From NCBI GenBank assembly GCA_001938485.1, contig MQRK01187214.1:10324-69413 (forward strand): a stretch of DNA of 59,090 bases. Reading direction: 5' to 3'. Below are positions 12,101 to 25,959 of this stretch, in pieces. A model generated the notes under the pieces. That model ran no database searches, was not told where the DNA came from, and was given only the letters and a program-made list of their open reading frames with translations. Both the position numbers and the translations under genes were made by a program. Within the stretch, counting starts at the first letter, position 1. Each line of letters opens with the position of its first letter. The stretch is from Girardia tigrina (taxonomy: Eukaryota).

Positions 12101-15100
12101 CTGCGAAACATTTTTTAAAGTTTTTTCAAACAGTGGACACAGTAGACAAAGGTAAATTTTATTCCAAAACAAGTAGGTTTAGGTTAATCTGCGTAGAATA
12201 TTGCATCAATAACAACTATCTGCTGATATAGTTTTCTAGCTAATTCGTTAAAGACACAACTTGAGAGGAAAACTTTAATAATGAAAAACATTCGTTTTTC
12301 AGACGTACCACATTCGTACAGCAATTAATCATAAACATGTAGTGTAGTCTTTATTTTTTTAACTGCAACATTCTGGTAGGCTGAATCTGACTTGGAAATG
12401 AGTTCCGCATGCACCTTGGCACTTGCTGGCTTATAATCCAGCAATTACTGCACTCCGAATTTAGTGAGTACTATGGTACATCTTTGGAACCCACATTTTT
12501 AGGACAAAACTACATCGTGTTTTCTGATTGGGAGCCCAAAAAGGTGTTACTAGGTAGAAAATTCCACACAACTTTGTTAAATCTCTCGCTCTGGTTCTGC
12601 GTTCCTCCATGTTAGACATCGCTGAAGAAAATCCTCAGAGGCTTGTTCACTGAATACAGGCTTCACTACATCGCGCAAAGCCAGTGAAATGGCTTTCCTA
12701 TTATTGCATAGAAACATTGTACTTGCAATTGAGTTTGGACAAACTTAATGAGATTAAGGGTATAGTGTTCTTTTTTTCTATCAATGACAGAAACTGTTGC
12801 ACTATCGTCACTAATAAGTGAATTTAACTACCTAAACGACTTTTATCAAAAGTTAAACTTTCAGACAGTGATGTACGGACATTTAGCAATCAAAGAATAT
12901 ACAAATAAAAATTTCAGTCTTTTTTCAATTTTTTGTGTCTCTTTTCTCTTAATTATATTTTCATAACTAAGGAAATATTAGAAATTTTTAAATAAACTAA
13001 ATAATATAATGAGTTGAAAATTAAAAAAAGAACAAAAGTTATAATCGAAAATTATCTGATAATACTTAAAGTCTTCCTTGAAAACATTTTCTTTTACCTA
13101 TCAATGTTTTTAATTGTATTCATTAGAGACACCAAAATATTAAAACTGCTTCAGTATCTTCAATTATTCATATTAAAATGATTCATTAATTAATTAAAAA
13201 TTAATAGAAACTATTTTTAGATTTCTCTCCAAAAGGGTCTCAATAATGAAGTCTGATTAATTTTCTTTTGCATAAAAAATATTTTTCTCTCGTATGAATC
13301 CCTAAAGGAGAAACTGTATGAGAGTTAAGGTAATTATTAAAGCAAGGATACATGCTTCATTAGAACTAATAAACAATAAAGAAGATAATATGAAAAAATA
13401 TGGCAAATAATTAATCACAAAAGACATTAGAAAAAATAGGAAATATGAACGAACTGATTTGACGACATAGACCCATTCTGACTCAATATCGCTGGCAGAT
13501 ATCAGAATATCATTTCTAAATAGAAAAAAATTAACAAACTTGAAAAATATTTTTTTATTATTATCTTTATTATTTTATCTTTATGATGAATTAGTTTATT
13601 TTTATTTCGCTGATTGAGATTAAAATAAATTAAAATTAAATATTTTAAATATTTTTATAATGATTTCAAATTAAATTTAAGTTACTAAATATATAATTAA
13701 AAAGTGAACGCCATTTTTCACAATTTATTTTCTTAATTAATTTCGGCGGATTACCCGCCATCTTCAGACTAAATTAACACTGGCTTTTTGCAGCTTATAT
13801 ATGAGAATGGTGATTATGTAATCAATTGTGTAATAAAGGCTCTATTTGAAAANNNNNNNNNNNNNNNNNNNNNNNNNNNNNNNNNNNNNNNNNNNNNNNN
13901 NNNNNNNNNNNNNNNNNNNNNNNNNNNNNNNNNNNNNNNNNNNNNNNNNNNNNNNNNNNNNNNNNNNNNNNNNNNNNNNNNNNNNNNNNNNNNNNNNNNN
14001 NNNNNNNNNNNNNNNNNNNNNNNNNNNNNNNNNNNNNNNNNNNNNNNNNNNNNNNNNNNNNNNNNNNNNNNNNNNNNNNNNNNNNNNNNNNNNNNNNNNN
14101 NNNNNNNNNNNNNNNNNNNNNNNNNNNNNNNNNNNNNNNNNNNNNNNNNNNNNNNNNNNNNNNNNNNNNNNNNNNNNNNNNNNNNNNNNNNNNNNNNNNN
14201 NNNNNNNNNNNCTGAACATATCACGAATTTTATATGATTGGGAAATCATTTTTAGATTCATGGTATTTGGGATCAAACTTTTCAAAATTGATGATTTTAA
14301 ATGTTTAAAACCCTCTGAATAAGGAATCGAAGATATACCTTGATTCAAGTGGGTTATAATTTGTATTAGGGGAAATGGTTTGATGAATCATATTATTAAG
14401 ATTTTTATATTTTTTTTAATGTTGGCGGCTTGTACAAAAACTTATTATACAGTCGCTGACAGTTTATAGTTGTAAAGCGACATTTAATAGTGAATTGAAA
14501 TATGTTTCCTTCATTTTCGTGTTTAAACAAATGGATTATTTTTAATAAAAAGGAGCCATTATATGCATTTATTGAATAAAACATTAATTAACATTTATTT
14601 TAATCTCCAAAAATGTCCAACTTCTCAAGACAATCTACAATAAACTTCTTTGAATGGCTGTGGTAACTCCGCACCTACTTGTACTCATCTTTGATAACCA
14701 TATATTCAACAATTTGCATCAAATTGGCTTGCCCTTGTTGCTGATTGATTGTTAGCATATCAGAAAAGTTTGGCGGATTTTGTATCAAATATACAATTTT
14801 AGTTTTGAGAAAAAGGCATCAATGGAATTCAAGAAAGTCTCATAGGAAGAAAAAATGATTATATTCTTATTTGATGTTGTATTGAGGTGTATCGGTTAAT
14901 AACGTAATATAATGTCCCTACAACATTTTTGGTAACTCCTCGATAAAAGATTGATGTTTGTTGTGGCATTAATATCAGTTAAAATGTACAAAACATGTTT
15001 TAACACAAGAGCCATAATTCTCTAAAATTATGCTAAAGTTTCTTTGTTTTTTTGCCACCACTATTCAAATGACTATTAAAAATACTATTCAAGAAGCAAG

Positions 15101-18100
15101 TGACGAGAGAAGAAAAAGGAAAGCAGCAATTATTGAGGCATTTCCCGAGGATGATAATGTTAATATCAGTATAAGAATAGTATCAAAAGAAATAAAATTT
15201 CCTTATTAATGAAATCAAAGGACATTAGGAGAAACTATATTGACCATTCCTTTTCCATTACAACCAAATTAATGCTGCTATCTATTAAGATGGACTTGAG
15301 AAATATTTAGTTCATGTGTTGAAGTCTGAACGAAAATATTATAAAGTCATCTTCCTGCAGGATGGAGATTATGAAAATTACGTAAAGGAGGTGCTGAATT
15401 TCTCAGACATTTCTTGCTGCAAGATCACTAAATCTGTTATGTTTTCTTTTCTTCTGGATTATTTGAAAAATATTTTTTATCCAAAAAGACCATCAAAATT
15501 GCCAATACTATAAATCATTAAAGAAAGGTGTTGTAAAGTACCTTGAAGTTGCTATTATATCTTTAAGGTAGACTAGAGTAGTTTATTGCTAACATAGGTA
15601 CTCATTTGGAAAATAAGTGCTAAAATATATTTTCTTTATTTTTAATAATAAAGATGTAATATACATTTAAAATATGGAAGAAACTTTTGAATCACCTTGT
15701 ATAATTGTTTTTTATATTGAATATAAAATATTAATGTATTATATATTGATATAATGCTGTACAAAATTGATAAAAAAATTAACAGTTAAATTAATTTCTC
15801 ATTTATTTATTTGTATTTATTTGAAGCCAGAAAAATCTATATATAATTAATTGTATATTTTAGGAATAAAAATAAATTTACTTATAAAAGTGGCACAAAC
15901 AGGCCTCGGGTTGTTCAAGCAGCTGATCAAAATTTAAATGATGAAAGATTGGGATATCTCTGTAAATATGAGAATGAAAAATTATTGAAGAAATATGTTT
16001 CACCTAAGAAATGCAATATGTTCCGGATATTTACTGTATTCCGTAGACATGTGCATGAAGACATAAAAGAAATCGTTTCTTTCTATTGCCAATAATTGCA
16101 TTGCAGAGGTACTAATGATACTTGCCGTTCTTCTGCTATGATGAAGAAGAGCCAGTTCCTGTTTTAAACAATAATAGATTTTAAAATTAAAGTTTTATTG
16201 ACAAAAAATATATTAGAAAGATAAACGTAAAAGTCAGAAAAAATAGTTTGATAATTTTTTTAACAAATCAAAGTTTGAAAAAAAATCAAATAACCAGCAT
16301 CTAGTGTTCAATAAAATTTCAGAACAATTACTGTTCGACAAATTTCAAAAATCAAATTGATGTTCAGCAAAAATCTCAAACAATTAACGCGCAACAATAA
16401 ATTTCATTCAAACTTCCGAAAGGATTTAAATCACAGCTCGGCATAATTATCTTTAAAATAAACAAACAACTAAAATTGTGAACTTTTTTTTGTTTGGCTC
16501 AAGGTTAGCTTTGGTTGGTTAACCAATCAGAGTGATCCATTTCTATTACTCACTCGATTTAAAAATTCAATAGGCACACTAACCTAAAAAACAATTGACT
16601 CGATGAGTCATCAGTGAATTTTTCTTTGTTCATAAAAACGAACAAAGATCAAGTAATTAGTTTTTAATTTAACATTTTTTAAAATTTAATTATACATATT
16701 TTTGTGTATTTTTATATATGGAAACAATGCAAAAAATATTTAAGCTATTGTCATTCAATAAATATAACATAAAATTTTGATTTGAATCGTCTTTTGGAAA
16801 GGAGAGAGATGAATTTATAAGTAAACATAATGATAGATAATTTATAATTTAAAGTGTGAAACACTATTTTTGCTTCTTTGTGTATCTATTGTTCATCAAG
16901 TGTTCCATAAAAATGTTCAAACCTCTGATCTAAATTTTAAAAGACTCATTGAACTAAATCTTTTATCATACCTATCTGTATATTTTTCTCAAAACTCATA
17001 TGATTAATGTTATCTTTCTAAATAATTCAATTTTATATACTCCATTGATTCTAGTATTAAGAATTTCAAGAAAAGGCAGTTTATTATTAACTTCCAATTG
17101 TACAAGAAAATAAAAATCATGAATAGTCTCCATCTTAATATTAATATTTTCTTTGTAAAAGATTGATTTATAAATACCGAAAGATATAATCTGCATAAAT
17201 TTTGTACAACTCAAGTGCTTGATCTGAAATACTCAGATTTTCAAACGTATTTTACCAGTTCATCACTGAAATATGCCAAGAGATCTTTTTAAAATGTTCT
17301 GAGGTCAAGTTTATTTGATCGTCAAATACATTTTTATGTATAAATATATACTAATAATTCTCTCAATGGGAATTAAGTCCTGTTTAATGTTATAAGTGAA
17401 AAGTAATAAATGTTATGCATTATTATTATTAAAGATTATTATTATTATTATTATTATTACAGTGTTTTTCGATCTATTACGTCGTTGTTGCAATCTATCT
17501 CGACGTTGTTGCATTTGATTACGTCGTTGTTGCATTTGATTACGTCAGTTAAAATAAATGTTATAAAATGTTAAGCAAAAACTTACTTTATAAAGACTTT
17601 AGTTTGTTAATTACTAGATAGTAACTCCTGTAAGTATCTAAAATTATCTAATTTAATTTTTTAATTTAATTTATTTAAAGTACTTTTCCNNNNNNNNNNN
17701 NNNNNNNNNNNNNNNNNNNNNNNNNNNNNNNNNNNNNNNNNNNNNNNNNNNNNNNNNNNNNNNNNNNNNNNNNNNNNNNNNNNNNNNNNNNNNNNNNNNN
17801 NNNNNNNNNNNNNNNNNNNNNNNNNNNNNNNNNNNNNNNNNNNNNNNNNNNNNNNNNNNNNNNNNNNNNNNNNNNNNNNNNNNNNNNNNNNNNNNNNNNN
17901 NNNNNNNNNNNNNNNNNNNNNNNNNNNNNNNNNNNNNNNNNNNNNNNNNNNNNNNNNNNNNNNNNNNNNNNNNNNNNNNNNNNNNNNNNNNNNNNNNNNN
18001 NNNNNNNNNNNNNNNNNNNNNNNNNNNNNNNNNNNNNNNNNNNNNNNNNNNNNNNNNNNNNNNNNNNNNNNNNNNNNNNNNNNNNNNNNNNNNNNNNNNN

Positions 18101-21100
18101 NNNNNNNNNNNNNNNNNNNNNNNNNNNNNNNNNNNNNNNNNNNNNNNNNNNNNNNNNNNNNNNNNNNNNNNNNNNNNNNNNNNNNNNNNNNNNNNNNNNN
18201 NNNNNNNNNNNNNNNNNNNNNNNNNNNNNNNNNNNNNNNNNNNNNNNNNNNNNNNNNNNNNNNNNNNNNNNNNNNNNNNNNNNNNNNNNNNNNNNNNNNN
18301 NNNNNNNNNNNNNNNNNNNNNNNNNNNNNNNNNNNNNNNNNNNNNNNNNNNNNNNNNNNNNNNNNNNNNNNNNNNNNNNNNNNNNNNNNNNNNNNNNNNN
18401 NNNNNNNNNNNNNNNNNNNNNNNNNNNNNNNNNNNNNNNNNNNNNNNNNNNNNNNNNNNNNNNNNNNNNNNNNNNNNNNNNNNNNNNNNNNNNNNNNNNG
18501 GATTTCGAGTTTTATACTTGCCACCTTATTGTCCATTCTTGAATCCCATTGAAAACTGCTTTAGTAAATGGAAGAATTTGGTGATCAGAAGCGCGTGTAC
18601 AACTGAAGTGCAATTGAACAATCGAATTGAAAGTGCCTTTAATGAAATTACTACATCGGATTGTAATGGATACTACCAAAACATGTTTAAGTATTTAAAC
18701 ATGTCTTCCAATCGAGAGACTATTGATTGTTGATAAATTACATTAATAAAATTTTATGTATTAGCAGTTGTATTGTTTATTATTTCTATTTTTTGTATTT
18801 TTTAGTATTTTTAGTTCTATAGTATTTTTTTGTATGTAATTTATATTTATTTTAACTGACGTAATCAAATGCAACAACGACGTAATCAAATGCAACAACG
18901 ACGTAATCAAATGCAACAACGTCGAGATAGATTGCAACAACGACGTGATAGATCGAAAAACACTGTATTATTATTATATTATTATGTAAACATTTAGATT
19001 ATGAATAAAATTAACCGGATTCTTTTTTAAATAGATCCAATAAATAAATTAATTTAAAATTAATAAATTAAAAATTTTCAGCAGCATTAACAAGTAAATA
19101 ACTCTAAAGAGTAATCACAAACTCGAGTGAATGACTTAGACAACATTATGTAATTTTAATAGCATAAATTGCAAACTTTAAATAATAAATTAATTAAAAA
19201 AAGTAAATATTTATAAACATAAATGAAAATTAAAACCATACTCCAAAACTACATCCTTTGGTTAAGGAATTGACTTTTCTCTCCTGGCCGGAGTCGTCGT
19301 TCGATGTGATTGTAACAATTGCTAAATTACATTTTAAAGTATTTTTCCTATTAATATATAACACCTGTTCCAGAGATTATGAAATAAAAATATTCGGCAA
19401 CATGGCCCTGTCGAATGATAACTCGTCGAGCATCTACTCTATTTTGAAAAATCATTTAATACCTCAAAACAATATGAACTTTCGAAAATGAGCGACGGTA
19501 CACAATTTCCGTTTTAAATGTACAGGATATTCATTGAAAGCAGAGAGAGCCGACAGTCCGTACATTACCTGACAAAAATAGAATCATTTTTATTTATATA
19601 AAATATAAATAAATAATTCTTTGTTAATTTTTAATAAATAAACGAATTAGTATTTCAAATATTATGAAGACTAAATATAGAAAACAACAAAATAAAAATA
19701 TAAATATGTTTTAAGAAAAATTAAATTAAAGAAAATTTTAAAAAATTTTTAAAAACCTTAAATTAGAGGAGTATATTTTGAGTAAAAGCTCAGGGGTCAA
19801 CAACCTGCGGTTCTCCAGTTCCAAAAACACAAATTAAATATTTTATTATTCTAGCAAAAATATGTTTTGTGCTAAAATATTTTGTATGTTTTTATATGAA
19901 TAAATATTATTTGTTGAAGTCATTTATTTTAAATCAATATACATATGTATGTATATATATAAAATAAAGAAAAAACGCCATTTTACAAGTTTTTTATTTT
20001 GCAAAATATGTTTCGCCATTGATGGAATGGCAATGGCGTCTCCATTAGCACCTTTATGGCTTAAATATTTCTCCAAAGTTTGTAGAAAAAAAGTATATTG
20101 TTTTGAAGGAAATATACCTTTGTTTTACACTAGATATGTTGATGATATTTTTTGGATTTTTGAAAATAAAAACTATGTAGACAATTTCTTACAATTTATG
20201 AATGAACTTCATCTCAATTTTACCAGTGAAATCGAATCAGCAGGCAAGATTTCCTTTTTGGATGTATTAATTGAAAGAAAATCGAAGGACTATTTTGAAA
20301 ATACAAAGTCAAAATATCGCTATAAAGAGTTTATAGAAAGAAACTTTCGGTAAGCTATATATATTAAGATTTTAAATATTATATTTTTTCATTTTAGAAT
20401 AATTAATCCATATAATTAAAATGAGATCAGAGATCACTCATACATTAATGGATCAAATTATCTCTTCAATCTCAATTTATAAATCGAATGAAATAAAATT
20501 TGTGGGCAATTTCTAAATGATATAAATTCGCTTGGAAATAAAAAGATAAGATAAATTTTGACAGAATCATTCTTAGTTATTTATTTTTAAAATAAATTAT
20601 TAGAATTATTTATTTGCTAATCTAAGGCTGCTCTAAACGGGGTTTATTAATACCGATAATAATTAGTTAGCGAGACATTCTCGCTTGTTAAACTGATAAT
20701 CCTTAATAGCGAATAACGCCAAATAGTATCGCTAAAAATTTTTAAATTTGGGGATTCTATTTGGCGATTTTAATTCTTATTAAAAATCTAGAATTTAAAA
20801 TATCAATTATACATTATTCATTAACGGCATATAAACATTCTATATCATAATTATCATCTAAAAACTTTATATCCTGATCATCTATTTCTTCCCAGGAAAT
20901 AGACTAGTAGGGAAATTTTTCATTCTGGTCTGAAGCAGCGCAAGCCTCGAAATATTTTCTACCGTACTTATCATGGTTTGCTATATGCCAATCCTTATGT
21001 TTAGAACTAAATCCTGATGATATTATTGAGTTTTGTACAGTTTCCGTTTTCAATTCATTTAAAGATTCTCCGACCCATAAATTAACCAATTCCTTCGATG

Positions 21101-24100
21101 AAGGTTTTAAATTAAAATTTTTGATATAAAGAACAGAATCAGGGTTCTTCCCCTCATAATTACGCAATAATATCAAATATCTACTGCATATAGATAATGT
21201 TTTAAATCTACCGTAAATGACGATCATCTCAACAATTCTCTTAATGCAGTGAACTCAACACCCAGTGAACTAACCCAAATAATACATTTACAGTTGCTTA
21301 CATCAATCAAAGGAAACATATGGTCAATCCAATTTATAATTAATTCTTGGTTCACCCGGGATTTTGATTTGGTAGTGTGAGGAATATTGGGTGTGTAATT
21401 ATTTTTTGTAGTGTTTGTATTTTTAAATGTTGTGTGTTGATTTGGGATTGTGCCTCTCCTAATCAGATGGATGATTAATATTTTAATTCTTATAATCTGA
21501 AACTAATTTATTTAAATTTAGATTTAATATCATAATTTGTAATTTTTATTATTGCAACTTTTAAAGAATTTTATTGATTTTATTTTTGTAAATTTTTAAA
21601 TAATTAAAATCAAATTAATGTTTAAAAATGACTATAGAAATATTTTATTTGAGCCAATTAAATTTAAATTAAATATTTTTTAATAAAATAATTTTCTCAA
21701 GTATAGTGAACTATACTATCTCCTTTATAATGGGAGATATTGAAAAATTGATTGATGGAATCTAGTGAAAGCCTTACTATTGATCATCATAAAGATGATA
21801 AGAAATGTGAATGTAATAAATGTTCTGGCAAATGTGTGAGTTCTCTTAACATGACGACTTTACACCACATGACTCCGAACATCAAAGGTCCAAAAAAATT
21901 CGATGGATCCGAGCACAAATTAGAAGAATTCCTGATAAGTTTTAACAGGTATTCAAAGATTATATAATTATCAGAGGATAGAAAAATCCTACTGGTAACA
22001 CCCTACTTGACTCCAGATGCGATTCTGAGATACGAGAAGGCCTCAGGAAGTACTTGCGAAGAGAAAATGCGAGCAGCATTTTCAAAAGAGAAATCTATTT
22101 CGGATTTGATGAAAGATCTCATAGAGTTAAGAGTAGGTTGCGGTGACCCGTCACTTGCGTTCCGCAAAGCAGATGAGATAATCGAAAAACTAGTGGAGAA
22201 AAAGTGTGGTAAGAAAGAACTATCAAACTTGGTCTATGCTAATATGATTCACGATGATAACGTCGATCAAGAGATAGCGATTCGAGAAGTAACAAAGGCA
22301 GAGGAGATCGAAAACATACAAATGAGGATGTATGAATACGGGAAAAAGAAAAGAAATTCACCGATTACAGCATATAACGCAAGGAATGAAAACGATTGAA
22401 AAACTGTGGAGAATAAAAGAAGAACACCAAAACCATGGAACGACGAAGTAAAGAGAGACGGTACAAGTCGAAATTATAAAGACAGAAAAATAATTTGTTG
22501 GGTATGCCATGAGGAAGGTCATGTTAGAAGAGAATGTCCAAATGTTAAGTGTAGCCACTGTCAAAGAAGAGGACACCTACAAACACAATGTTATGAAAAC
22601 CCAAATAGGTTTAAAGAACGTGACTAACGGAAATGAGACAATAATATAAATCGTTGGAATGACAGGAGAGATTATTCTAATCAGAGATATAGAGAACGAC
22701 CGGCATATATGAATAAGAAACAACACTTGGCGGAGTTAGATGACATGGATGATGAAATAGACAGGAGATCGGAAATGTCTGATAGAAGAGAAGAGAATAC
22801 AGCAAGAGATTATTCTAGAGGTAAAAGAAGATCCGGAGATGAACAGGGAAACGAGGACGCACGATCACAAGGAGAGGTGATCAGTGTGCTTCATTAGAAA
22901 ACCAATGTAAATGTATGTTTGATTTTACGTATTAAGATATTCCTCAAGAGATGTTCGAACTTGAATGTGAAGATATTGTAAATAGAGAACAATGTAATAG
23001 TATGACAAATCAAAATTATAAGAAACTAAAGGGTAAAATGGAAATATTGAAGATATTAAAGTTTAAGATAAATTATAAAGAAATGAAAAGATATCCAAGT
23101 GTGGATTTTTACGTGAAAGATAGAAAAGTTCATTGCCTTTTGGACACTGAAGCAAGAGTAAATGTAATTAAAGCGGAGATAATTAAAAACATGAAAGAAA
23201 TTACAATAAGAGAAACGAAAAAACGTATCCATTTCGCAAATGATTCAGAACTGATCAATTACGGAATCGTTCAATTAAATGATGCTATTTAGGGAACACA
23301 AAAGTTAATAGAGTTTTATGTGGTCAAAGAACTAGACCCCGAAATGATCGCAGGTATAGATTTCTTGGATAAATTCGGAATAAAACTGAAAAGACAGATA
23401 CCTCGAGATGGGGAAATATTGGTGATTAGAGACAACCCATCAAATGAGGACAGACTAAGAAGAATAATGGATATATTTAACAAGCAAATTGACGGGCAAT
23501 TAATGAAGATTCTAGCAAATTATAAATCAGTATTCATGGCTGATAAATTGGATATTGGGTAAACATCATTGACAAAACACAGAATGGAAACACACGGGGA
23601 TCCAATACTAGTAAAACCTTATCGGCAACCAAAACACTTTGAGGACTAGTAAATCGATTGGACGCTAATCAAAAATTCCCTATAAACCGGTGGAGAAGGC
23701 CATTTGAACATTGAATTTAGGTCAACTCCACCTAATTAACTATACTTCATGGGACACTCTCTCCAATGGTGTGTCAAAATTCTTACACACAATCTTTAAA
23801 TAATCAATGTTAATATCACATTTCAGTTTTTCTCTTTTGTTCAGTAATATTGCTCTTATTTTCTTTTCGACAGTGTTCAGGAATTCGTTTACAGGGATGA
23901 CGGAGAGGGTTAGGGTTAGGGTCATGATTACGTCATCGCAACCATTACATTTATATTTATAACAAAATCAGAAAATAGTGTTAAATGAATTATAGATTTA
24001 CTAAACAAAAGCAAAAGTAGTAAAATCAGGAATTACTGATTACCAAGCCCATATTCATATGAAACCATTTGAAAAGCAAGTTTCGAGGTTGGGTCTAAAA

Positions 24101-25911
24101 AAAGGTTTGCACGTGGAATGTACGAGGTTTTGATGATCAGAAAGTCTTGAGTATTTCGCTCACTCTTGAAAAGTTGAATGTTGATGTGGCTATCCTGAAG
24201 GAAACGCATCTCTGGGGTGTTGTGACTGAAAGATACAATAAGTGAACCTTTTACAAAAGTGGGCCACAAATGGGGCAAATTAGGAAAAGAGGAGTTGGGT
24301 TACTTACCAAACTACCTAAGGAAGACATTCAGTTTAAAGCTTTTTCGGATTGAATCTTTAAAGCGAAAATCGACTCTTACAAAATCGTCCTTGTGGGAGT
24401 TTACTCCCCTACTGATAGCGGGTGCAGCGATCTTGAAAAAACCACATTCTATGACTTTTTACACACCATGGTTAGAGAAGCAGAATCCGAAGCTATTGAC
24501 TCAGACTATTTGTTGGTGATTGGGGGAAACTTCAATTTCAGCATAAATTTTAACCGAGAAAACCCGGTATCCAGCGTTCGAAAATTTGCACATAGTGTCG
24601 AGATTTCTGACAATGGAGAAAGGTTAATATTGCTTGCTGAGGAAAGAGGAATGAAGGTAGTGAACTCCTTTTTCAAGCAACATCGTGTTGTATAAGTACG
24701 GACCCACCGAGTGAAGATGAGATAAATATTGGTACATCTCAACTGAGCAACGGGAAAGCTCCTGGCTCAAATGGAGTGATTGCCGAAGTTTTGAAATGAG
24801 GTGGACAACCGCTTATCTCTAAACTAAGGCTAGATTTTGAGATGATATGGAAAGGTGTCCAGGAACAGTTCCCAAAGGCTTGGAGGAACAGGAATGTAAT
24901 AACCTTTTTTAAGAGTAAAGGGGCAAGATCTGACCCAAACAACTACAGAGGTATTTTTCTTTTGGAAGTCACTGGCAAGGTCTTTGCACTAATTATCGTA
25001 AATAGGATGATGCCGGTGATGGAAGAAAGGTTAGACCCATTACAATTTGGTTTTAGGCCGAAAAGAGGAACCACGTAGGCCGTGAGTATACATAGGCGTA
25101 TACAGGAAGAAGGTCGGTACAGAAACCAAAAAGTATATGTGATCTTCATCGACCTAGAAAAGGCATTTGACAGCGTCCCACGAGAAGTCCTGTGGGCTTG
25201 CCTTAAAAGTTTCGGTTTCACCGAAAAGATCGTCTGTCTAGTGAAGGAATTCCATGAAAATTTTATTGACTCTGTCGGAGATAGTAATTTTCCTATGGAA
25301 AGAGGTGTAAGACAGGGATTTGTCAAGGGCCCAAGTTTATTCAACTTGGTTTTTGATGAAATGATCAAAAAGTCTATACAAAAAGGTTTGGGGGAGGAAT
25401 TACCCTGATCGATGAAAACGGGGACAAGTTTCAAGTCTACAGACTTGAAATGATGAAATGACATTTTTTTAAAAATATATTATTTTAGAAATAATTTATT
25501 TAATATTAACAAATATAATTTGATGTATACTATATTAAAAATCTTTGAGTAATTATCTAAAGTTTTCGTCAATAGCCTTTCAAACATCAGGAAAGATGTT
25601 TTTATCAGCAAAACATGTCATTTTATAGCCTACTTATTCCAAGAGTGGTAACAGATGTCTGAAAGACCGCCCAAAAAGTTTTTTTTGACATAAGGAATCA
25701 CAAACTACCGTTGACATCGCACAATTCAAATAACATGTTTTAGTCAACGAGCCTAACGGCATCTGCATAGTGCTTGATTGATTCATGCAAGAGATGGTCT
25801 TAATATTGCGAACAGAATATTGATCTTTTATTAAGCATTTGTTCTAGATAAAATAAATTAACATAAAAAAGTTTTCCTACTTCTAGACCAATACCTTTCA
25901 CTTGATAGATT

Positions 25912-25959
<48 letters not shown>

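Noticed and set aside
13788-14348. Long ORFs in the track spanning 13788-14348 and 17661-18536
   Set aside because: They are artefacts of translating through N runs.
17470-17550. Regular 21-bp repeats superficially like a CRISPR array
   Set aside because: They have no unique spacers, are mirrored at 18855-18950 as transposon TIRs, and sit in a eukaryotic context.
23905-23922. GGGTTAGGGTTAGGG telomere-like repeat
   Set aside because: Only two full units; too short to call an interstitial telomere.
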